Source of the DNA: an uncultured bacterium
GTDB lineage: Bacteria > Planctomycetota > UBA1135 > GCA-002686595
Direction of reading: 5' to 3'
Assembly (NCBI GenBank): GCA_943787795.1
Contig: CALSNU010000003.1
Location: forward strand, 128,001 to 192,000
DNA length: 64,000 nt
Shown here: piece after piece, positions 39,263 through 47,685 of the stretch
Layout: each line of letters opens with the position of its first letter
Numbering within the stretch: position 1 is the first letter of the stretch
The notes under the pieces: model-generated
Seen by the model: only the letters and a program-made list of their open reading frames with translations
The model's database searches: none
What the model was told of the DNA's origin: nothing
Program-made: the position numbers and the translations under genes

Positions 39263-40459
39263 TCAGCGGCCCCGGCGCCAGGCGTCGGCCACGGCGTCAG
39301 CCACGGCCTCGGCGACCCCCTCGTCGTAGGGGCCGGGGAGGACCCGGTCGCGGGTGGGCGTCCCGACACAGCGGGCGAGGGCGAAGGCCGCGGCGACCTT
39401 CATCTCCGGCGTGATGGCCGTGGCGCCGGCCTCGATCGCCCCCCGGAAGATGCCGGGGAAGGCGAGGACGTTGTTCACCTGGTTGGGGTAGTCGCTGCGG
39501 CCCGTCCCGACCACGGCGGCGCCGGCCGCCGTGGCGAGGGCGGGGTCGATCTCGGGGTCGGGGTTGGCCATGGGGAAGAGCATGGGCGCGGGCGCCATGC
39601 GCTCGACGTCGGCGGTGCTGAGCAGGCCGGCGCGGCTCACCCCGACGAAGACGTCGGCGCCCTCCAGGGCGTCATGGACGGAGCCCTCACGGCCCCCCCG
39701 GTTGGTGTACTCCAGCAGCGCGCGCTTCTCGGGCGAGAGGTTGTTGCGCTGCTCATGGATGATGCCCCGTGAGTCGCACACGATGATGTCGCGTACGGGC
39801 TCGCAGCGGTCCGAGTCGAACCCGACGCAGGTGAGGAGCTTGGCGATGGCGGTCCCCGCGGCGCCGGCGCCGGCGATGACCACGTTGAGGTCCGAGAGCT
39901 TGCGACCGGTGAGCTCGCAGGCCCCGATCATCGCGGCGAGGAGCACCACGGCGGTGCCATGCTGGTCGTCGTGCATGACGGGGATGCCGAGGTCTTGGAG
40001 GCGCTCCTCGATCTCGAAGCACTCCGGAGCGGCGATGTCCTCGAGGTTGATCCCTGCGAAGCCAGGGGCGATGGCGCGGACGGCGTCGACGACCTCGTCA
40101 GGCGTCGAGGTGTCGAGGCAGATGGGCCAGGCGTCGAGGCCACCGAAGCGTCGGAACAGCGCGGCCTTGCCCTCCATCACGGGCATCGCCGCCTTGGGTC
40201 CGATGTCTCCGAGCCCGAGGACCGCGGTGCCGTCGGTGACGACGGCCACCGCGCGGCCAGCCACGGTGAGGTCCCTGAGGCGGGAGGGCTCGTCGACGAT
40301 CTCGCGGCAGGGCGCGGCGACGCCAGGGCTGTAGGCGAGCGCGAGGTCGTCTTGGGTCTCAAGCGGCGCCTCCAGGCGAATGGAGATCTTGCCCTGACGC
40401 TCCTCGTGGAGCGCGATCGCGCGGTCATCCAGCTGGCTACGGTGCTGCTCTACGGTCAT
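39263..40459 (-). CDS. NAD(P)-dependent malic enzyme
   Basis: Start re-called at MTVEQH. AYSPGVA, TDGTAVLGLGDIG, PVMEGK, INLEDI, HDDQHGTA, GAGAAG, NQVNNVLAFPGIFRG. Confidence 0.95.
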   Translation of the reverse strand: MTVEQHRSQLDDRAIALHEERQGKISIRLEAPLETQDDLALAYSPGVAAPCREIVDEPSRLRDLTVAGRAVAVVTDGTAVLGLGDIGPKAAMPVMEGKAALFRRFGGLDAWPICLDTSTPDEVVDAVRAIAPGFAGINLEDIAAPECFEIEERLQDLGIPVMHDDQHGTAVVLLAAMIGACELTGRKLSDLNVVIAGAGAAGTAIAKLLTCVGFDSDRCEPVRDIIVCDSRGIIHEQRNNLSPEKRALLEYTNRGGREGSVHDALEGADVFVGVSRAGLLSTADVERMAPAPMLFPMANPDPEIDPALATAAGAAVVGTGRSDYPNQVNNVLAFPGIFRGAIEAGATAITPEMKVAAAFALARCVGTPTRDRVLPGPYDEGVAEAVADAVADAWRRGR

Positions 40460-40467
40460 AGCGCGAG

Positions 40468-40473
40468 ACTGTA
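40468..40473 (-). promoter_or_regulatory. -10 box TACAGT, 8 nt before ATG
   Basis: Minus strand TACAGT-CTCGCGCT-ATG(40459). Confidence 0.5.
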
Positions 40474-40478
40474 GCGCG

Positions 40479-43400
40479 TCAGCGCGCTGGATTGCCAATC
40501 AGCAGCGCATTCGCCGCCTCAAGTGCCTCGCGTGCTGCGCTATTTCGCGGCTGCTGGGCCAGCACCTCCTCGAAGTAGCGGACGGCGGACTGGAGGTCGC
40601 CGGCGCGGGCCTCGACCTTGCCAAGGAGCAGCGTCATGGGCACATCCCCTGGGTTCTGTTGGAGCCATGCCAGCGCGCACTCTCGGGCGAGCTCATGCCT
40701 GCCCGCGCTGCCCGCGGCCTCGACGAGGGCCCCCAGCACTCTCGGAGAATCCCCTTCGATCCGACGCGCCTCGAGGAGCGAGTCTGTGGCCTCGTCGAAC
40801 CTGCCGAGCTCCGCCAAGGCCGCGCCCAGGTTCAGGTGCCCGATGGCGTAGTCGGGGTCGAGGTCCACCGCGGCGCGGTAGGCATTCTCTGCGAGGTCGA
40901 CCCGGCCGAGGAGCACGTGACTGCGGCCAATGCCCTCGAACGCGGGGGCGTCCCGGACCGCGAGGTCGTCGCGTCCGCGCACGGCCTCATGGAAGAGCGC
41001 GAGGGCGTCGCGGAAGCGAGACTCGTCAATGGCGAGGCGGCCATGCTCGATGAGCAGGTGGGGGTGCCGGTCCTCGGTCGCTCCGACCTCGCAGAAGGCC
41101 TGCACCGCGGCGGGGTCGGCCGGGCCACGGAAGAGTCGCAGGGCGCGACCATCAGCGTCGTAGACGAGGGTCGCCTGGTTCGCCTCGCCCAGCGCCGCGG
41201 CGGCCTCGTTGAACTCGAGGAGGACCTCACTGGTTGGGTCGAGCTCGCGGTCGCGGGGTCCACCCGTCCTGAGGAACGCCTCGACCACCCGGACCTCCGG
41301 GTCGTCGAGGAGCAGCGGGTCGACCTCGACGGAGCGACTCTCGCGGATCCTCACCACCAGGGGCGCGGGCGTGAGTCCGAGGGCGAGCGGGGTCCTCGCG
41401 GTGCGAGCGATGGCGGCCGTCCAGCTCCGGTCTGACGCGGCGAGGCCGCCCCGCCGAGGCCACGAGCGAGCGCCCTCGACCAGGACGTCGGCCGAGCCCT
41501 CTCGAACCGTGAGGCGGTGGGCGTCTGCGGGCAGCTCCAGCTCCTGGCGGCGGCCGGAGGGCCAGGTGACCTCCACCCGAGGGCCCGGCGCGGCGCTCGT
41601 CGGGAGCTGCAGGTCCGGTGAGACCTGTGACTGGAAGCCCTCCACCAGGGAGACGTGCCGCGCATAGCGCCGTGCCGACTGGGTGCCGCCGCTGGCATCA
41701 GGGAGCTCGACCTCGACCTGGGCGCCGAGGGCGACCATCCCGCCGCTCGCTGGAATCAGCCGGACCCTGATCGCGGCCTGGGCGCCTTGGTTCTCGTAGT
41801 ACACCAGCCCGCCCAGGGTCCACAGGGCGAGGTCGAGGTCGCCGTCGCCGTCTGGGTCAAAGGGAACGATGGCGCGGCCGTCGTGGGAGGCGTCGATCCC
41901 CAGGCACCAGCCGGCGTCGACCCAGGGCCGGTCAGCGGGGCCGTCGTCCGTCCGCACGAACAGGCGGTCCCGCTCATGCCCGTTGAAGGAGCCCTGGAAG
42001 CGCAGGGCCTCGTTCACGTCCTCGCTGCGCTCCCCGCGCTCGAGCCTGCGCCCGTCGTCGATGACCTGGCGCCAGTAGTAGGTCTGCCAGTCGCCCAGCC
42101 CGCGGTCCCGGTGGGAGGCGAAGCCGTTGGTGACCACAAGCTCCTCGGCCCCGTCGCCGTTGACGTCGACGAACTGGCAGCCCCAGGCCCACTCCGCCTC
42201 GTTGACCCCGAGGCCGCGCGCCCGATCTGGCCACGGGCCGGGCTCGGCGGGCTCGGTGTAGAGGGCGTTCCCACGGGCGATGGTGTCGACCCTGGCGCGC
42301 ATGGTCTCGGAGAGTCCCTGCGCGAGGGGGACCATGCGCATGCCCTCCTCGCTCGACATGTTGGACACGTAGAGGTCCCAGCGGCCGTCGGCCTCGAGGT
42401 CCGCGAGCGCAGCGCCCATGGTGTAGGCGCTGACGCCGCCCATCCCCATGGTCTCGTCCGCCACGAACCGGCCAGCCTCGTTGCGCCAGAGGACGTTGGG
42501 CCCGAAGTCGTTGCCCTCGAAGAGGTCGGTGTCCCCGTCGTGGTCCGCGTCGAAGGCCAGGGCCACGTAGGTGTAGCCCGTGCCCTCGATGCCCCGCGCC
42601 TCGCTCTCCTCGGTGAAGCGCAGCCCGCCCTGGTTGATGAGCAGGTGGTTGTCGGCGCCGTCGTGGGCCTCCACGGTGTTGTAGTCCGGCCCGCGGGACT
42701 CGCCGCTGCCGTAGACGGCGAAGAACAGGTCCAGGTCGCCGTCCCCCTCCACGTCCAGGGGCGCGACGGTCTGCACGGCGAGCCGGCGGAGCCCCACAGG
42801 GTTCGGCAGGGCGAAGGCCTCGGGGAGGTGGCGCCATGTGCCAGGCGCCGCGTCGGTCCTCGTCCAGAGGCCGGCGAAGGCCAGGCCTCCTCGGTAGCGA
42901 CTCGTCTCGGAGGCCACGAGCTCCTCGAGCCCGTCCCCGTCGAGGTCCACGAACAGCACGAAGGCGGGGCGGTCCGCGAGTCGCTCCATGGGGAGCGGGA
43001 TCGGGATGAAGCCGCCGACCCCGTCGTTGCGCAGCAGCAGCGTCGACTCGTTGCTGCGCGTGGCGATGAGGTCCTGGAACCCGTCCCGATCGAAGTCCAC
43101 CACGGAGAGGCCGCCGAGGGTCAGTGTGCGGTGCCGGTCCACGAAGTCCTGAAGCAGCCGCTCGTTCTCGGCGCTGGTGCCGAAGGTGAGGCCGACCTCC
43201 AGCGTTCGGTCCACGTAGCGCGGGGGGTCGTCGCACCGCAGCCGCACGCCGGCGCCCAGGGGCTGATCGGCGGTGGCCTCGCAGAAGTGGAAGCGCGAGA
43301 GCCGCCAGTCTTCCCCAGGAGCGGTCCGGGCTTCGATCTCCCCGTACAGGGTGATGTCCACGCGCTGCGCGGTCGGGAGCGGCTTGCTGGGCGCCTCTGC

Positions 43401-43934
43401 CCGCTGCGAAGGGGACGCCTGAACCCCCGCCCAGCGCAGGCGAACTCGCCCGGTGGCCCGGTCTCCGGACGGCTCGAGCTCGAAGCGGTCGAGCTCCAGC
43501 TCCACCCGCTCCGGGCTGGCGGTCCTTGGGCCGAGACCTGCGAGCAGCGCGACGAAGGCGCCCGGGACCCGGGTCCAGCTGCGGTTCCCAACGAGCCAGC
43601 AGACCTCGAGCCCGGCGGCTTCCTGTGCGCTCCCCGGACCCCGGACTCGCCCGGAGAAGTCCTCGCTGTCGATGCTAAGCGCCGCTCGCTCCAGGTCACC
43701 CCTTGCGAGGGGCTCGAGGAGCAACGCGAGGAGGTCCTGCTCGAGGCGGAGCGCCTCCAGTTCGGACCGGGCCAGGTCGGTGACAGGTGAAGCCGGGGGA
43801 GAGACGAGCGCGGAGCGCGGATCCAGTATCTCTTCGCCGCAGCCGAGGACCACCACGAGGGCGGTGATGGCAGCGCTCCACGTACTGACCCTCGTGCCGT
43901 CGAGGGCGAGTCCTGGCAGTCTGGAGGCGATCAC
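40479..43934 (-). CDS. FG-GAP / ASPIC-UnbV (CRTAC1-like) lipoprotein with C-terminal TPR repeats
   Basis: VLGC lipobox-like; DFDRDGFQDL, DLDGDGLEEL, DADHDGDTDL repeats; ALGAQVEV..GFQSQ..VTWPSG (ASPIC/UnbV); TPR tail. Confidence 0.85.
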   Translation of the reverse strand: MIASRLPGLALDGTRVSTWSAAITALVVVLGCGEEILDPRSALVSPPASPVTDLARSELEALRLEQDLLALLLEPLARGDLERAALSIDSEDFSGRVRGPGSAQEAAGLEVCWLVGNRSWTRVPGAFVALLAGLGPRTASPERVELELDRFELEPSGDRATGRVRLRWAGVQASPSQRAEAPSKPLPTAQRVDITLYGEIEARTAPGEDWRLSRFHFCEATADQPLGAGVRLRCDDPPRYVDRTLEVGLTFGTSAENERLLQDFVDRHRTLTLGGLSVVDFDRDGFQDLIATRSNESTLLLRNDGVGGFIPIPLPMERLADRPAFVLFVDLDGDGLEELVASETSRYRGGLAFAGLWTRTDAAPGTWRHLPEAFALPNPVGLRRLAVQTVAPLDVEGDGDLDLFFAVYGSGESRGPDYNTVEAHDGADNHLLINQGGLRFTEESEARGIEGTGYTYVALAFDADHDGDTDLFEGNDFGPNVLWRNEAGRFVADETMGMGGVSAYTMGAALADLEADGRWDLYVSNMSSEEGMRMVPLAQGLSETMRARVDTIARGNALYTEPAEPGPWPDRARGLGVNEAEWAWGCQFVDVNGDGAEELVVTNGFASHRDRGLGDWQTYYWRQVIDDGRRLERGERSEDVNEALRFQGSFNGHERDRLFVRTDDGPADRPWVDAGWCLGIDASHDGRAIVPFDPDGDGDLDLALWTLGGLVYYENQGAQAAIRVRLIPASGGMVALGAQVEVELPDASGGTQSARRYARHVSLVEGFQSQVSPDLQLPTSAAPGPRVEVTWPSGRRQELELPADAHRLTVREGSADVLVEGARSWPRRGGLAASDRSWTAAIARTARTPLALGLTPAPLVVRIRESRSVEVDPLLLDDPEVRVVEAFLRTGGPRDRELDPTSEVLLEFNEAAAALGEANQATLVYDADGRALRLFRGPADPAAVQAFCEVGATEDRHPHLLIEHGRLAIDESRFRDALALFHEAVRGRDDLAVRDAPAFEGIGRSHVLLGRVDLAENAYRAAVDLDPDYAIGHLNLGAALAELGRFDEATDSLLEARRIEGDSPRVLGALVEAAGSAGRHELARECALAWLQQNPGDVPMTLLLGKVEARAGDLQSAVRYFEEVLAQQPRNSAAREALEAANALLIGNPAR

Positions 43935-43940
43935 GATTGG

Positions 43941-43985
43941 AAGGTACGGGGCTCCCTTCGGAGCTGAGGGCGTGAAGTCTACAAT
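43941..43985. promoter_or_regulatory. Back-to-back -10 boxes of a divergent, apparently leaderless gene pair
   Basis: Minus TACCTT (43941-43946) lies 6 nt before GTG 43934. Plus TACAAT (43980-43985) lies 8 nt before ATG 43994. Confidence 0.6.
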
Positions 43986-43993
43986 TGCGCGCC

Positions 43994-44941
43994 ATGGACC
44001 AACGCGTCGTAGCTACTGCCTCAGGCGTCCTCTGGACGGCACTCGCCCTTTCCTTTCTCGGTTGCGTTGCTCCACAGGGCAAGCCGACCTCCCCGCCAGC
44101 GACCGGCTCCAGCGCCGGGGTCATGGCGAATCCCAGCGCTGATTCCCCCGCTGGCCCCACTGCTGGCCCCACTGCTGGGACCACTGCTGGGGGGACCCTT
44201 GGGCCTACCGCTGGGGCGGCGGGTGGCGCCGATGGGACCGGCACCCCTGCGGCGGCGGCGCTCGATGTGCCTGCGGTCTCAGAGCCAGACGCCGCGGCGC
44301 GGCAGCTGGCGGAGATGATCGGGCTCCTCAGTGAGTCAGAGGGCGCGCCGTTGATCGCGGCCTACGCGGAGTCGAACGGCGTCGACGGCGCGGCCGAGAT
44401 CCTGGTGCGCCTCAAGCCGGAGCTCCGCAGCAAGCTCATCCGCGAGCTGCAGCAGTCCAACCCGGATGAGGTCGCTGAGTACATGGAGGCGCTGGCCAAG
44501 GCCGCTGCGGCGGCCATGCTCACCAACGGACAGCTCCGTGAAGATGCTGGCAAGGTCGTTGACGACTGGCACGCTGCCGCTGCCCGCGGAGACCGCGACG
44601 GTTACCTCGGGAGAATGGCGCCGGACGCTCGCTTCCTGGGCACCGACGCCCTGGAGCGCTGGGACCTCGAGCAGTTCACCGACTACGTGAACAAGTACTT
44701 CGCGCCTGGCCGCGGATGGGCCTTCCTGCCGGACGAGCGGGTCCTCCAGCTCTCCGCCTCCGGGACGGTGGCCTGGTTCGACGAGCTCCTCGCGAGTGAG
44801 AGCTATGGAGAGCTTCGCGGGACGGGGGTGCTCGTGCGCGCTGGAGACGTCTGGAAGGTGGCCCAGTACAGCATGACCTTCACGGTGCCCAACGACGTGG
44901 CCGAGAACGTGGTGGACGCGGTCAGTCGGTCTGAGCAGTGA
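43994..44941 (+). CDS. Lipoprotein with MgtE-N/FlbB-like helical segment and SnoaL/NTF2-like domain
   Basis: SFLGC lipobox; AGPT repeats; AAEILVRLKPELRSKLI; DDWHAAAA..FLGTDALERW..AWFDELL..RGTGVL..WKVAQY. Confidence 0.8.
   Translation: MDQRVVATASGVLWTALALSFLGCVAPQGKPTSPPATGSSAGVMANPSADSPAGPTAGPTAGTTAGGTLGPTAGAAGGADGTGTPAAAALDVPAVSEPDAAARQLAEMIGLLSESEGAPLIAAYAESNGVDGAAEILVRLKPELRSKLIRELQQSNPDEVAEYMEALAKAAAAAMLTNGQLREDAGKVVDDWHAAAARGDRDGYLGRMAPDARFLGTDALERWDLEQFTDYVNKYFAPGRGWAFLPDERVLQLSASGTVAWFDELLASESYGELRGTGVLVRAGDVWKVAQYSMTFTVPNDVAENVVDAVSRSEQ
44150..44214 (+). repeat. In-frame 12-bp tandem repeat (AGPT-like), about 5 copies
   Basis: GCTGG at 44150, 44162, 44174, 44186, 44210. Confidence 0.8.
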
Positions 44942-44951
44942 GCGGTGCCCC

Positions 44952-45001
44952 GCCGGCGGATGAGCCGGCGGATGAGCCCGCGGATGAGCCCGCGGATGAG
45001 C
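44952..45001. repeat. Intergenic 12-bp tandem repeat GCGGATGAGCC[G/C] x4
   Basis: GCGGATGAGC at 44956, 44968, 44980, 44992; fills the gap between convergent stops. Confidence 0.9.
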
Positions 45002-46363
45002 TCACCCGAGGGCGCGCGAGACGCCCCTGCTTCGGACCCAGAGCCAGGTGGTCTGCACCAGCCCTGCGATGACGAAGGTCACCAGGGTCCAGTTCAGGCC
45101 CGAGACGCCGAGGCCCTCGGCCATGAGCACGCCCACCTCGAGCAAGCCCCAGGCGAGGGCGAAGTAGATGAGGACCGCCTCCGTGATGGGGCGCGTCTGA
45201 TGGGCGTGGACCAGCAGGCCCTGGAACCAGCTCTGGGCGACCTGGTAGGACGGCATGAGCACACAGAGGGCCGCGCCCAGCCGGGCCATGGGGATCAGCT
45301 CCGCGGGGATCCGCTGGACCTCGCCGAACCAGATCCCGGAGAGCGGCGTGAAGGCCATGAGCGCGAGCACCGCCGAGGTCACGCCCGCGAGTCCCCACCC
45401 AAAGCGGCGGAGCGCCCTCGGCCCGCCGCCCAGGGCCACCAGGGTCACGACGACCTCGTTGAATGCCATGCCGACGCTGCGCATGGTGAAGACCAAGGCG
45501 TGGACCGGTCCCCATGCGGCCACCGAGTCCAGGGCGCGTGGCATGCGGTTCATCCCGGCGGCGCCGATGGGTTGAATGAAGAGCGTGACGAGCGGGGTGA
45601 GGGCGAGCGGCGTGTAGAAGCGCATGAAGCGGGCCACGGTCATCGTCTCGCCCTCTGGCTCCCGCCGGAGGAGGCTGTGGATCTCCTTCACGCGCCAGTG
45701 GGCATAGAGAGCCTCGGCGGTCACGCCCGTGGCGACGCCGCAGCCTGCGACCGCGATGCCTGAGAGGCCGCTCCAGACGCCGAGGCTGGCGAGGACCGCC
45801 GCCGTGGCCACGAGGCGGACCGCGGTGCCCACGCCGACGGCGCCGCTGCGTTCGAAGCGGATCAGCGCTCCTTGCTGGGTTCGCCTGTAGCCGATGGCGA
45901 GCGTCCACGGCGTCATGATCTGGAGCCCGATGCGGCCAGGCTCCAGCACGCGTGGGTCGCAGCCGAGGAGCGTGGTCGCGACGAAGTCGTAGAGGGGCGT
46001 GAACGCGATCAGGCCGTGGAGCAGCGAGAGCAAGACGCTCATCACCACGCCGTAGCGGAGGACCGCCGAGTAGCGCCGCCAGGAAGTAGAGAGCCGCGTG
46101 GAGGCGGCCAGCATCATGATGATGGGGCCCTCGATCACGAGGCTGATGGGGAAGACCACCGAGCTCCAGGCGGCGAGGTTGATCTTCGCCTCGGGGAGAC
46201 GCGAGACGGACGCGATCACCAGGGTCGGCTCCATCGCCATCAGGACCCAGCTCGCCGCCAGCGGCGCCCAGAGGCGGAACACGCGTCGCACATCCACCGG
46301 CTGATCGCCCGGGACAGGGGGGTCGGGCGAGGCGGGAGAGCTCAAGGGGCGACGAGGGTGCAT
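45002..46363 (-). CDS. MATE-like (MOP flippase superfamily) membrane protein
   Basis: Two homologous halves (WAPLAASW / YTPLALTP), IEGPIIMML, many TMs. Confidence 0.75.
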   Translation of the reverse strand: MHPRRPLSSPASPDPPVPGDQPVDVRRVFRLWAPLAASWVLMAMEPTLVIASVSRLPEAKINLAAWSSVVFPISLVIEGPIIMMLAASTRLSTSWRRYSAVLRYGVVMSVLLSLLHGLIAFTPLYDFVATTLLGCDPRVLEPGRIGLQIMTPWTLAIGYRRTQQGALIRFERSGAVGVGTAVRLVATAAVLASLGVWSGLSGIAVAGCGVATGVTAEALYAHWRVKEIHSLLRREPEGETMTVARFMRFYTPLALTPLVTLFIQPIGAAGMNRMPRALDSVAAWGPVHALVFTMRSVGMAFNEVVVTLVALGGGPRALRRFGWGLAGVTSAVLALMAFTPLSGIWFGEVQRIPAELIPMARLGAALCVLMPSYQVAQSWFQGLLVHAHQTRPITEAVLIYFALAWGLLEVGVLMAEGLGVSGLNWTLVTFVIAGLVQTTWLWVRSRGVSRALG

Positions 46364-46386
46364 CGGCGCCGGCGTCTAAGCAAGGC

Positions 46387-46419
46387 GAACCCGGCGCGCG
46401 CGCCGCGCGAGCCGGGTTC
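46387..46419 (-). terminator. Hairpin downstream of the ABC operon
   Basis: GAACCCGGC..GCCGGGTTC stem with inner CGCG/CGCG; weak U-tail. Confidence 0.5.
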
Positions 46420-46434
46420 GGTGGGGGGGAGCCG

Positions 46435-47685
46435 TCAGATGCCGCCGCCTTCCGGTGGCGGGGTCATCTTGAGAGGAGCGGGGCCGGCGGTCTCGCCCGG
46501 CGGGGCGTCGGTGCCATCAGGGGCCGGTTCAGGGGCCGGTTCAGGAGCAGGCTCCATGACACCTTCAGGGCGCAGGCGGAAGCTCGTCTCCTTCCAGCTG
46601 GGGAGGGCGTACGCCCACCCTTCGGTCGCGGCTTGCAGCTCGGCGACCTCGGCCTCCAGCTCCTCGCGTGAGGGGCCCTCGGCCTCTGGTGCCTCGGTCG
46701 GCTCCTCGCCGGCGATCGGGGAGGCGTCCGGCGCCTCCGGCTCGAGGGCGAAGGACACGCGCGACCAGGTCACCATGGTCTCGGGGTCGTCCTCGTCCGC
46801 GACCTTCATGGTCTCAACGCTCACCTTCAGGCCGCCTTCCGTGGTGAAGGTCGCGTCGGAGATGATCTCCTCCGGCCATTCCAGCGAGTCCGCCCTGCGG
46901 ACGTCCTCGAAGCGGAGCCGCTGCAGGGCTCCCAGCAGCTGGGCGGTGCCGGAGGGGGTCTTCGCGACCATGCCCTCGGGGATGTCCTGGACCACCATCT
47001 CGTTCTGCCCCATGTCCTCGCGCAGCGCGAGGACCTCGGCACCGTCAGGGTGAGTGATGGCTGCGGACGCGATCCGCGTCCGGTCCACGTTGAGGAACTC
47101 TGAATTCACCCAGCGAAGAGGCTGGGGGTCCACACCGAGCTGACCCGAGGCGAGGAAGGTCTGGGGACCCTCCCCGGGCAACGCGTAGTACTGGGTGTCC
47201 GGCGTCACTCCCATCTGGGCCGCGGCGGGCTCCGCGCGGCTGGTGCGCTGTTTGCCGATGAGCACGGTCTCCACGGTCGCTCCCTCCCCGTCACGCAGGG
47301 TCACCCGGACGGAGGCTGCCCCCTCACCGTCCGGTTCCACGAGGCCGAGGCGTTCGTAGCGATCGGCGTTGGCGGTCTTCGGTTCGAGGCGTCGCGCGTC
47401 CCGAAGGCCAAGGAGGAAGGTCCGGACCTTCTCTCCGTCGGCGGGATATCCGGCGGCCTCGGAGAGGACCCAGCCGGTGCCCTCCGCCCGCAGGGTGAGC
47501 GGGCCCCCTGCGGCTTCGATGCCGATCTCTCGCACATCGTTCACCCGGTCGCCCAGGGCAGGCAGGAGCCGCTCCTCGGTGGAGGCCGGGCGGGTGTCAT
47601 TGGCCCGCCCAGATTGGAGCGCCGTGGTGGCGGCGACGGCGGCGAGGGTCGCCGCGCCGAGGACAAGGATGGTCTTCTGGTTCAC
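46435..47685 (-). CDS. DUF4340 domain protein
   Basis: N-terminal anchor; YPAD.EKV..L..L..EPKT..Y.RLGL, LIGK motifs; last gene of the GldAFG-like operon. Confidence 0.8.
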   Translation of the reverse strand: MNQKTILVLGAATLAAVAATTALQSGRANDTRPASTEERLLPALGDRVNDVREIGIEAAGGPLTLRAEGTGWVLSEAAGYPADGEKVRTFLLGLRDARRLEPKTANADRYERLGLVEPDGEGAASVRVTLRDGEGATVETVLIGKQRTSRAEPAAAQMGVTPDTQYYALPGEGPQTFLASGQLGVDPQPLRWVNSEFLNVDRTRIASAAITHPDGAEVLALREDMGQNEMVVQDIPEGMVAKTPSGTAQLLGALQRLRFEDVRRADSLEWPEEIISDATFTTEGGLKVSVETMKVADEDDPETMVTWSRVSFALEPEAPDASPIAGEEPTEAPEAEGPSREELEAEVAELQAATEGWAYALPSWKETSFRLRPEGVMEPAPEPAPEPAPDGTDAPPGETAGPAPLKMTPPPEGGGI

